This document shows, in pieces, positions 48,593 through 60,285 of a stretch of DNA of 64,000 nucleotides. A model generated the notes under the pieces. It made no database searches, was not told where the DNA came from, and saw nothing but the letters and a program-made list of their open reading frames with translations. Source of the stretch: Penicillus capitatus (taxonomy: Eukaryota; Plantae; Chlorophyta); the NCBI GenBank assembly GCA_965649825.1, contig OZ287695.1, positions 1,159,081 through 1,223,080 of the forward strand, read 5' to 3'. Both the position numbers and the translations under genes were made by a program. How positions within the stretch are numbered: position 1 is the first letter of the stretch; every line of letters begins with the position of its first letter.

Positions 48593-51201
48593 TTAAAACG
48601 TCCCTCGCGGATGCAGGAGTTTCTTCAAAGGGGACATTTCCGATTCGGAACATATAATGTTAATAATTAGACAGGTAACGTCAAAAGGCGTGTCTCCATC
48701 ATTGTTGGTCGCCGTCTTCGATGCTCCAGCATCCACCAGAACCTGAAACGCAATCGTCGAGTTTCGATATGTTGCCGTTGACTCGCCTTTGCCGTTTTTA
48801 GGTTTCCAAAACGTGCGGCTCGGTGAAGTGGAGTTTCTCCATCGTGGTTGACCGCATTGATATTTGCTCCTTTTTCAAGCAACAGCTACATGTAACCATG
48901 TGAACAAGAGAACAGAAGCTAACAGGCATGCACCTTCACTACTTCAGGGTTTTTATTGTAGGCGGCAGCTTCGTGAAGTGGCGTCCATCCGTGGACGCTG
49001 ACGACATCAAGTTTCGCTCCGTGCTTGAGGAGTATCTGACAATAGACAGTTTCCGTCAACAAGGCGACGAAGTGAACATGCAATTGACCTCGACTTCCCT
49101 GATGTCTGCCTTAATCGCGACCCCATGCAGAACAGTGTGTCCATTGTTGCCGGCAAGGTGGACGTTCGCTCCGTGCTCAAGGAGGATCTGACAGTCAACA
49201 GTTTCTGTCAGTCAGGAAAGGAGGCGAACACGCAACCGACCTCGACCACCTCGATGTCTGCGTAATACGCTGCCTGAAGCAGAGGAGTCCATCCATCGTT
49301 ATCGACCTTATTGACCTTCGCACTGTGATCGATAAGCATCTATCAAAGACACTCGGCAAGAAGCGCGGAAATACATGAAAACTCGCCTGTACAGTTTTCG
49401 ACCGTGCATAGAACGCAGCCAAGTGTAGGGGTGTCTTCCCATCGCTATCGGCGGCGTTCACTTCGGCGTCGTGATCCAGAAGAATCTGCGAATAACCGCC
49501 AGTGCAGATACATGAGGACATACTGTAGATTCACCTTCGCCACCTTCGTGTGTCCGTTTCTCGCTGCCAGATGTAAAGGAGTTACTTTATTGCCGTTAGG
49601 CTTGTCGACACTAGCGCCGTATTTCAAAAGAACCTTTAATTGCAGACGCGAGGATTTTATAGACAGAGACGAAGTGTTTTCACTCTGTAGTCCTGAACGG
49701 ACGCAGAGAAGCAACTACCTCAGTGCATTCTGACGCATCATTGGCCGCCGACCAGTGTAACAAGGTAAAGCGTTTCCTTTTCTCATACCCTGACATAACA
49801 GCGGATTCATAGACAGAATTTGGATCCAGTCCCTCTAGAAGAGCAGCTTCTACAGTCAGGGTGTCATCATCCCTTATGGAGTCATAGGTTTCCTACAAAA
49901 ACAATCTGTTCATTTACAAAGATCTTCATTACCAATGCTACATTAAGCAGTTCTGTCCGAGAGAGTCCCCTCAGCCGTTCGCGCTCCTTATAAAGTTCAT
50001 CATCTTCTGGATTGTTTACCTATGAAGAACGTACATCATCTGATGAAGTTTGCTAAACAGATTCTGTCCATCTTTCTCCTGTTCTGAGCGAGCCGAGGCG
50101 AGGAAGCAAATGCAGAGAACCGATCAATCACCTTTGGACCTTCGCCGATTTTCCATAGAATCCAGTCCCAGAATGCACCGATACTTGTGTAGATGGACGG
50201 TGATGCATCATTGCAGTTCTCGAACCCCAGAGATGTTATGCCGACGATCAGGTCGAGTTCTGGATTCCCGGCTGCTGTGTTGCCTCTAAATCTGTTTGGA
50301 ATCAACAGTGGACCGCCAGAATCGCCTTCGAGCAGAGAAGGCTTGGCAGAAAGTGCCGCTGACAAGCATTACACCTTTGCATGCGTTCTGGTTCCCGAAT
50401 CCAGCACAAATCGAATGCTTCTTGACTGCATCTCCCAGAAATCCTTTGCATTGGTCATGTTTCACATACACCAGTCTGTCTGCCATCTGTAGAGAGTTTG
50501 GATAGCCTCCAGTCTTGTCCAGTCCCCAACCCAGTGCGGTAAACAATTCACCGTCGGAGAACTGTCCTCCTTGAATATCTATCGATGGGAGTGTGATCTT
50601 TGCTTCTTTATTCAATCTGACGACAGCGATGTCGTATCCATCATGGACATCGCCAGTCCAGGATTCGTGCCGGAAACTTGCCTCGCCGCTGAATTCCTAG
50701 TGAGTATTCCTTTCCGCGAGAAACATGTAAAACGTGAAGGAGTTACTTTGTCTGAGTAGCGCTCATCGAGCTTGTGAATGCCACAGCGAACAAGTGGATT
50801 TCTGCCAAGGCTGTCCGAAGATGGGTCAACGCAATGTGCTGCTGTGACCACCCATTGTGGTCGAACGAGGAATCCGCCGCAGCGGTGGATTCCATATTCT
50901 CGTCTGGAGAGACTACAAACATAAGGGAACCTTCCTTCAGGTGCTTCTTTTCCCTGCGAAAAGAACGAGCGTCAAAACCTGAATTTATGCGTGCGATACA
51001 AACTGACGATGATATAGGATGTAGTGTCTCGCGGCTCAGAGGACAATGCTTCTGAACCGTTAAAGACATACCCACGTCGGAAATGACAATCCGGGAGGCA
51101 GTACCTTCTTTTTCTTGAGCTGCTTCTATGTGGAAGTTCAAGAAAAGCAGCAGAAAAAAATGAATGCCGAGACGGCGACGCGAAACACAGAAAAGCTTCA
51201 T
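48593..51201 (-). CDS. Secreted S1A (trypsin-fold) serine protease fused to C-terminal ankyrin repeats
   Basis: Signal peptide; catalytic triad motifs VTAAHC, YDIAVV and GDSGGP; linker exons; then about 7 ankyrin repeats (GxTPLHxAA), six of them on single-repeat exons. Confidence 0.8.
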
Positions 51202-52961
51202 ACTTAAAACAAGACTGTGTTCTGCAGCAGTGGCGGGCGCTTAAGTAATGTGGATTATGAAGTCATTAAAGCGCTCCACTCTAGCCGTCTAATGACTGGC
51301 AGACGTCGCGAGGAGAAGAAACCGCTAGCGCATCTCCCTTAGTGGTTAGCGCTTCCTGTGTACTGAGTTGGCATGCATGGCAGGGTCAAGTGCTTCTCGC
51401 AATGCACGTGTATACACGGTTCTCTATGTTGTCCCTAAAACAGAACAAGCTCGTGCACCGACATGCTTCGGTGTGTGATGGATATAAACTCAACGCCTGC
51501 GAAGATGCCGAGAACACACTGCTAATGATGAACCCATGAACTCTTGGTCGCAATGACAGCATATGATGCTGGTCAAAACAGTTTGCAGTTCCAGAACGGA
51601 TGAGATTAGAATGTTTAACCAAGGCTGTTAGCGATGCCATCAATACATTCTGGGAAATAAGAGATCCCATCAACGAAAGTGAGTCTGGCGTTGTCGTTCA
51701 AATGTCGTCGCTGACGGTGCATGTCTTCTCCAGATATACTTCATCAGGCAGCGTTCTACAAAAGTGACAGTCTCCATTGCAAACGAAGAATCACACGACC
51801 AGTGCAGAAGAGAGAGCTAAGATCGCCTCATAAAGCACGGAGGGAGACCAGAGGAGAGAAGGATGGATGGAGAACGCCGGCATGGCTCAAGATCTCCATA
51901 TCTTCTTCGGCATTTTCCAGAAACACTGGCTAGGACATAAGTGGTGTAGGCTACGAAGCATGATGTCATCTAAGTCATCTGTTATCGAACTGTCGTGGCA
52001 TTCTGTCATTTTGAGACCAGTTATGCCTCCAGTCACTTCAGTTTTTCGGCCGATTCCTTCCGACACCAGTCCAGTAGCTATTCGGTATGAAGGGTGTTAA
52101 GAAAACGTGGATGGTGGCACAATTGCAGCCGAATCTTCTTTCGATCTCGATTGACAGAACCCTTAACAGTGATTAAACGCTTATTGGCAATAAACCAATA
52201 TCTTGACTTGTTAAGTCATTGTGAGACGAATTTGGAAGTTATTACTCCGGACTCCGGATAATTGGTGTTAACCGAGTTCGATAAGTTTAATTTCAATCCA
52301 TTTGATAGCGTTTGTTTAATATATTTCGATCGATCTTTCAACCGACCACGATACTTACAAATATTTCCTATTGCCGTTGATCAGTACGATCGATCGTGTC
52401 CGATTTGATTTATCGACGTTTGGTTTAATTTGGCCTCGATTTCTGTATCGTCCGTCTAATGTGTTTCTATTAAGCGCGATTTGATGACTATCTTTCGATA
52501 AGTATTCGCAATTTGTAGTAAATCCTGGTCCATCAGTTTCCGATTCTTGACATGTGGCTGTTTGCTGAACCTTCCTACTTTTGGTTATTGTTTGCACCCA
52601 CCTAACCAACCTACTGAATTCAGAAGGCCGATAAGAGAACCAAATGCATTCATCATCTGAACAGCTCTTTGATTGTCAAAGACGGGCCACTAACCACGTC
52701 TTCCGGCAGTGAATACCTTTCTCGAACCATTATCAAACAGAAGTCACATTTACGGTATAAAACGATGATGTTTACCGGAGATGGATGACCAACACACAAG
52801 ATAACACTTCCCGACAATGATAGGCCAATGTCGTACAAGATAATCACTAGACAAACGGGTAAAGAAGAAAAGAATTATCGGTCCAAAATCGATCAGGATA
52901 GAAGAAAAAACCCAAACAACAAGAGCAACAAAAGTGTGTACAGGCGACAGACTAATAATAA

Positions 52962-55900
52962 CTAAATCGAGATTAGACTCCCAACAACTGCATCGCCAAG
53001 GCGAGCTGTGCCCTGTACGGTGAACCTTATCCAACGTGGTGTGCTATTCCATCCATCTTTTAGTGACTGTGCTAAACGCAAGAGGCGCATCTGATCGTTT
53101 TCGGCATGCATTTGGAAATATATCCTCCCCTTAAGCTGCATAATGCTGTTTTCATCAGTACTCGTCTCCATGTTCAAACGAACACCGATAACGATGTCCA
53201 GTGGAAGATATCTTTCGTTTGGATTCGCATAAGACTTTGGCACTGTGTTCATTCTAATGGAATTGAAAGCCGTTGTATCGAAGAGTGCCGTGCTCTCGAG
53301 CTGATTTTCCGACATCTGTGATTCTTCGACTGTCAGTTCCAGCTCATTCGCATCAGGTGCCTTGACTCTGATCCATTCCACCTTTCGGAATGGCACCTTG
53401 TTGATGTGAAGGTGACGCATAGTGATGCACAATCGGTATCTGTGCTTCACATTCAACATGAAAATGATTTTGTCTGCGAGAACGTCATTATCCCGGATCG
53501 TCAGAACGGGTTGATTTTCATTCGCTACTGTACTTCTGGAAGCGCCGCCACAAGGAAACTTCTCCATACCGATGCTAATTTCAACGTTCGCCGAAATGAC
53601 TTCCTCGACACCATATCGACACAGATCGTGCAGCTCGTCAATCTGGAAAGAACGACATCGCCATTGCAGTTTCATCGATCTCTCACTTACGCGGCGATTC
53701 ATATCGAAATGCAGAGACGGTTCTCTTATCGATGCGAACAACTCTGCTTCGCACAGATCCTCTGCTGTACATCGATGGACAGGATCAGACTTCAAGCAAC
53801 TTTCTACCATCCGTCTTGATCGAGAGCAAGGAATAGATGTAATGTCTAGAATAAAGTCTCCTCGCCGCAAACGATCGCAAATACCATCTCTTCCAAGTGT
53901 CAGTGGATAAAACCTTCTTCCTGTTGAGCATAATTAGCTAACCGCCGCAGCTCATGAGATGCAGTAGGCAACAAACCTGATAGAATTTCGTAAAGCACGA
54001 TTCCCAAACAAAAGATGTCGTATTTCGGCGATGGTATGATGTATTCTCGTTCCTTCTCTGCGGCGTCGAGCATCTCGGGTGCCGTGTACTCGATCGTGTA
54101 GTGAATCGGTTTTAGTTCGTCGGATGCAGAAGCTCTGTCCGTTTCGAGTAGCCTCCATTGATTCGTGGCAGCGAAGAAATGCACATTGCTCGGTTTGAGA
54201 TCGCCATGAACGACACCCTCACTGTGCAGCGTCTTCAAAAGCTGGCAAACCTGATAGTACATACACAGATGGAGAGAGCATTCATCGTCAATCGTAAGAC
54301 AAACCTTAAGTGCGACTTTCAATCTGTCAAGTTCGCTGTATCCACCCTTCGCGATCCATTCTTCTAATGTCTTATCTCCACATTCAAATGCCAGATAATG
54401 TAAATTGTCAACCTCCCTTTCGACTGCTCCTAGAAGTCTGAAAAGATGCAGTGTGGAGCGAACCGATAATACCAGATGCTGGGTGCACCTGCAGATATGG
54501 TCTCGGTCTACTCTGCTTTTGTGGCGCCTGTTTGCTTCGTCGAAGCTCTTCTTTGTCGTACAGAACTTCAATAGTACCTTCGTTTCATAGTAGAGGGCAG
54601 GAATCAACAGTCTGTCTCTGCCATCGGCGAGATCCACTACAGTGTACCTACACACAGCTCTGTGCGTCTTCTACCAAAGAAAGCGATGACATCTGACATG
54701 TTGTCCAAAACTTCGCCACGTCTTAAGGGAAGATTGGATGTTTGTGTTGCACATTCTTTGCTTGTATGAGACCTACAACTCAGACCTAACGAGCTGAACT
54801 AGAAATTATCTTATTGTTTACTTTCTTGTGTTCTTAGAGACTTTGTTAACCGTTTTCTTGGCTGCCTGACACACTTGCCTCGTTCGTCCTCCGAGAGATC
54901 CCCCTGCTAAGTCTTCTCTCTGCATGCGTGGCAGCCGTGATTCGGATGACGGTTGCGAGCTTGAATCTGAACGCGCCGCAGTGTTTCCCGAATAACTCGA
55001 TCCGTCTATTTCATCCTGTGGTTTTTGCCTGGAGGGAACGCAGAGGTCCAGATACTGTGCAACATCCGATGTGCTCTGTTCTTCGACGGAAGTCGGAGTT
55101 TTGTGCGTGTCTGACGGACTTCTATGATTGCACGCCTGCCAATCGAGAGCAGACGAAAGAATCGACGTCGTTTCCGTCCCCACCTCCAGCATCGACTCCT
55201 GCTGTCTTTCCTGCATCTGTTTGAGGAAGTATTGGACATGTCGATTGACCGTTCTGCAAATCTCCTCTCCAGCTTCGGTCGTCAATGAATAAGACACTTT
55301 TGTCATCTTCTCTTTCGCCTTTATGCCGATACCATGATCTTTAACAATACAGCTTATGATGTTGGCTAATTCTATTGTGTGCAGCGATCTGCGTGGTTCT
55401 CGTTGGAGGAAGTGAACTCCCGTCCTGTTCGCGCCCAACAACACGGGCGAGTGTGTCGGAACCGGAGATGGCGTTATTGAGCACTTTACCATCTCTACGG
55501 AAAAGAACTCGCAGTTTCCCAGAGGAAATTGCTGCAGAGCGTCGAGAAATTGAAATCTGGCTGCTTCAGCTGACCTCTGCCCTATCTGCATCCATTCATC
55601 CTTAACAGCCGCCATCCATACCCCGGGTTCTTTATGGCGAAAGCACTGCATAGAGCATATAGATTACCGAATCACTCACGTGCCTTCTAAGCGTACGTGT
55701 TGCGGAATGAACTCCTCCACGGCCTTGGACAGCTCTTTGTCTTTATAGTACGCGATCGGGCGTTCGATATGGGTCAAAAGCATGCACAGGCGAATGGCTT
55801 GTATGTCGTCGAGAGGGTATTCGCTTTGCCGATACTGGACCTTCGCTTGTGCGTATGTCAGTTCGAATCCTTTGGGATCTTTCTTCTCCTCATCGATCGA

Positions 55901-57159
55901 TCGAATGATCTTCTTCTTCATCAGCAGCCGGCTCTTTTCATCTCCGTCGCCGTCCAGGAACCTCACTGCGTTGACTACTGCAATCAGATGCTTCTTCTTA
56001 TTCAATTGCATTTGCTTGCCCCGCCAGAGCTCGAACAGACCAAACGTCTTGCAGTTTTCCAAACCAATGGCCCAGGAGACTTGTGGAACGACGTGCTCAA
56101 CAAGAGTATGCGAATCGTAGATTACTTCTTGGCGCGTGCCATCCATTAAAAAGACATCGCAACTGTACGTGCTTTCACACATCTGGTCGAGAGAAGGGGA
56201 TCGCGTTCTATCCTCTGCGTCCCAAGGCAGCATCGCCAACAGTTTTTCCGTCAATACTGACGTTGTTCGCCTCACAACTGGATCTTCAGCCGATCGAGCT
56301 TCGACGGATTTGAAGTATCCTATCAGAAACTGCAACGACTCCTACATGCGAAATGGACTCTGCCACAGGCCTGTCGGACATGCATGCTTACTCTGGATGA
56401 AGCCCACTCGTCAATAATCTCATGTTGAGCATGAGTGCTTAAGGTGCAGGCAGTCCATCTGTCAATGATCTTTCGAAATAGTTTCCAGGTGTTTCTCTCC
56501 TCCACTCGACTTTTCTGTCCCCGCGTTTGCTTTAGAATCTGTAGGCAGAGTTCTTCCATTCTAGTTGTATTCTTTTCAGCGATTTCACAAATCTCGTTCA
56601 ATATTCGATCTCTTTCGCTGGCATTTCGCTCGCTATTGGTTAATGACGTCCAACGGAGTACATGATTGAACATATTCACACAGAATACCCGCTCATCACG
56701 TTTCATTTTAAGTAACGATGTCGGTAGTGGTTCCTTCAACAGCACCATTGCCTTTTCTCTCATCATGAATCAAGAGATTCCTTACTGAAATGCACGACAG
56801 CATTTCTGCGGGAATGAATGTTAAGGCGTCATCATCTTCATCCCACTGAGTCCTTCTACATAGCTTCTGCAAACATCCACAACTAACGTTGCAACCCCGC
56901 ACTGGCGCGCGTTGAAGCGCAGTGTAGAATGCCCGCGTCTAGAAAGCAGACGCCTTTGTGTCCGAGAAAAATAGTGGAGATTTTAGTTTTTACGTTCAGA
57001 CGGCTTTTGAGCGCTTCTGGAATCTCTAATGGTTCAGCTGGAAAATTCTCCGTTCTCTGCAAAAGCAAACTTTGAGAAGCAATTCCGAGAAAAACCGGAT
57101 ACTAAAGGGCGTTGTGCAAAGAACGACGCCGTTTTCTGATTCGACAGTAAGGTTCGCAT
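52962..57159 (-). CDS. KCBP-like MyTH4-FERM domains, degenerate protein kinase domain and uncharacterised C-terminal domain
   Basis: EMLSCIS|EPLPTSLLK, ELCLQILKQT (MyTH4); LLGANRTGVHFLQREPRRSLHTIEL and TEAGEEIC (KCBP FERM); HGDLKPSN..YTAPE (kinase). About ten short introns join all parts in frame. Confidence 0.75.
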
Positions 57160-58200
57160 GCGCAAGAAGCTGCAATCACGCAAATGACAAACGAGAAATT
57201 GGCAGTGAATTTATAATCTTCTAGAGAAGTTCACCATTTTTCTCCACTTTTTAGAGGCGTCAACTGAGTGATAGATAAACTGTGATGTCACGAATTGGTC
57301 GTCCACGTTCACTACGCGGGCATCGCGATTGCCATCTAGAAGAACCTATTGTAGGCACATACATGCGTCGTTCTTCTGGAGTTGCTCGTTTATGGCTCGC
57401 ACAGTCGATTGCTCTACGATGAGAAACACCGTAAAAGAGATTTGTTGTCAGTAGAAGAGGAACTTCTTTTATTGCCTTTTAATTCGCATACTTCAGCGGA
57501 CAAAATCTGACACGCTATGCGTCTCACTCTTCGCCCGAATTCTCATCACGGTCTGCGATTGGGCAACTTGGCATATTACTCAATCTCAAACATTACGGAC
57601 CGCATCGTTCACCACACTTACGGCCTATTGCTTGACGGAGGCGTCCGACGCGGAATCGCAGATCCAAACGAACGCTGATTCACTTTTGAGCTTGCCCGCC
57701 TATGGGACGTCACGTCGTGAGTTGGAAAAAGTGTGAACCAAGCCGGAGAGGGGACTCGATTCAAGACGATCATCGATCGATGCCGATCGAACGCGTCGAT
57801 CAAAAGAAGAGACAGGGGCATAATAACACTCACGACTACTCCGGTGAACTATCTGCCAGTTAGCCCCGATCGACATCGTTCTCGCAGTTGCATCATCATC
57901 CCACTGTTTTGTCCACTTAATAACAGAACAAGGTAAATATGGCGGTCGTTTCGCTGATGTCCTGTTGCGATCGCATGACTGGGACACCGGTTTCGTAGAT
58001 TCGATCGATGCGATCGACAAACGAGACGAACGAGTTTTCCTTCCATGATTCAGTAGATCGGCATCTCTGCGAATCTGAAAAGACAGGTGAAGATGAAACG
58101 CCAATCCACGGGCACAACTGCGATTCGGTCCCACTCTTCCGATCGAACGCATCATAAATTACAAAAACAGGAGAATCGTCCAATCGCGACCCGGCAGCGT

Positions 58201-58657
58201 TCAGATCTTTCCCCGCGGTCCTTTCTCGCCCGACGTCTGAGGTCCCTTAATGATCGGCAGATCGGCATCGGCTGCCCCTTTCAGTCCGAACAATGAAAAA
58301 GCTGCTGCACCTCCGAGAAGCAGAACGCCGCGCATCGCCTCCCGGCGACTCAGCGTCGAGCCGGCTCTTTCGAAGAACTCGTTCTGCAGCTGAGGATACC
58401 TGAACCGTCACATCAAAGGTTACATCGACTCGTGTGACCGGCATCCGTTCTCACCTCTTCTCGTCCTGCTGTCCATACATGTCCCACGATCCGACAGTGT
58501 CTTCCAAATCGTCCAAGTCGAAATACTGATCGCCCTCGCCGTACTTCGCTCGAGGAGCGACAGAAGCTGGGAGACGCGGTGCACGGGGTCGCGGTGGTGT
58601 CGCCCGGAGGGGCGTTCCGTGCACAAAGGCCGACGATTTCGCTGCAACCAACGACAT
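58201..58657 (-). CDS. PSAH: Photosystem I subunit VI (PsaH)
   Basis: Transit peptide, then AKYGEGDQYFDLDDLEDTVGSWDMYGQQDEKR|YPQLQNEFFERAG..RREAMR..GLKGAADADLPIIKGPQ. One intron. Confidence 0.95.
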
Positions 58658-58808
58658 CCCGCTTAGAAAGAATCAGAAATCCTACAATCGAATGAATAGA
58701 GCGATGACAGATGGACGAGATCGAGATAGATCCGAGAGGCGAACGTACACACGCGTCCGTACGAACGATGTGGACGCGGAAGCTGACGACGCCTGTACAT
58801 ACGTGTCG

Positions 58809-59615
58809 ATGGCTCTCTTCTTTGCCTACCAGCGACTACGTGTCCTTCTCCGCGTGGCGCTTCCACTGGCGCTCGGGGTCGATATGGTGCACAGCTTCTA
58901 CTACGTCGGCCGCCTCATCCAGGAGAAGCGCAGCATTGAGGCCGAGAAGGAGCGTCGACTAACGCTGTACGCCACAACCGCCTTGTTTAAGAGAGTAAGA
59001 AGCAGCAGCCCTGTCTCAGACGTAAGGAACTGTTTCCAGGTGTCCCGCGACTGCAACGAGACGGACTACAGTTTCTGGCCAGAGACCGTGCGTCAGAGGA
59101 TACTGACTGTCCCTCTGCCGGACATGTCCTCTGTACCGCGGCCGAGTTACGAGCTGGACGATGACGAAGAGGATGCGCCATCGCAGGAGCCGCAACCCAG
59201 TCTGGTGGTCTACCGTCTGAAGGAATGGTCGCCTTCCGGTGGGACATCCCTGCCATCGTCTGGGATCATTTCTCCCGACGAGTCGGGCTGCAAAAAGCAG
59301 GAGAGTGTGGAGGACGAGGTCATCGGAACGGAGAGAGAAGAGAGCAACAGAGAGTCACTGTTCCGACTGGACGTGTCGCGTTGGATCGAAGAGCTGTATA
59401 AACTGGTGGTTCCTTTCCCCCTTCGACACCCCTATCTGTTCGCACAGGCCGTGCGAACCGTCGTGGCCCGAGAGTTTCGTCTTCATCTGAAGAAGAGTGA
59501 TGGGTATCTAGAAGCGCGCGGCGCATGGTTGAGGGCAGTGCTGCATGTACCTTATGTCATGTTCGAGAGACGATCGGCCTTGAGATTTCGTGTACGACTG
59601 GTGCCATCGCCGTAG
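58809..59615 (+). CDS. Hypothetical protein with an N-terminal hydrophobic segment
   Basis: Long ORF with coding-like composition and a probable in-frame 45-nt intron (gtaaga..ttccag). Divergent from PSAH. Confidence 0.6.
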   Translation: MALFFAYQRLRVLLRVALPLALGVDMVHSFYYVGRLIQEKRSIEAEKERRLTLYATTALFKRVRSSSPVSDVRNCFQVSRDCNETDYSFWPETVRQRILTVPLPDMSSVPRPSYELDDDEEDAPSQEPQPSLVVYRLKEWSPSGGTSLPSSGIISPDESGCKKQESVEDEVIGTEREESNRESLFRLDVSRWIEELYKLVVPFPLRHPYLFAQAVRTVVAREFRLHLKKSDGYLEARGAWLRAVLHVPYVMFERRSALRFRVRLVPSP

Positions 59616-60285
59616 GGACTGTACAGTAGAAACGAGATAATGATGAAGGAGTGTGCTGTAAATTAGTCTGGTCTGCAACCCAGTTGCCTATTCTCTTCGT
59701 ATTGATGGCGTGCGCGTTCGGGAGTCTGTTCTTTGACGAGAGATTCTGCCGAGAGAGGCGTGAATCTGCCAAGTCTCGGTGTCGACCGAGAAGTGCTCGC
59801 TGCACAGGAGTGACGGAATGTGTCGCGACGCGGCTGGTCAATTACGGAAACCGCGACGCGGCAGGCCGTTGGCGGAAAACGTTATACATGACAAGATTTA
59901 CGGATCATTAGTAAGTACGTCGTCGCTGTAGGCTTGCTGACGCGATTCTAATGGCTTCTCGAGCTGCAGAGCAGCTACCTTTACCACCTGTATATCTATT
60001 TCCCAAGACCGCGTTCCTCGAACCGCGTTAGAATATCGTCGAGCAACTGACTCTTCGAAGACCAGGACTTCCTTCCAGAATTCGAAGACCCTAGTTTTGA
60101 CCGCGAACTGAGTTTAGTACTTAAGCTGCGAGACGGACAGAGTGAGCTGTGTCCTCCTCTTGCTGTAGACACTCACGTAACGGCGCCTACCGATTTCAGC
60201 CAAAACGCGTGTAACTGATTCAGGGATTGTGTTTTACAGAGTTGCCGAGAACGATTTGACTACGTTGCCTTAGTGCTCGTGTTTG

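Noticed and set aside
51261-51347. Two adjacent 8-bp hairpins (agtcatta/taatgact and aaccgcta/tagtggtt) resembling an H/ACA snoRNA
   Set aside because: Neither strand has both an H box and a correctly placed ACA box, and the stems are short enough to occur by chance.
51350-52140. Possible minus-strand gene upstream of the protease
   Set aside because: Candidate exons could not be joined without stops, and no motif was recognised.
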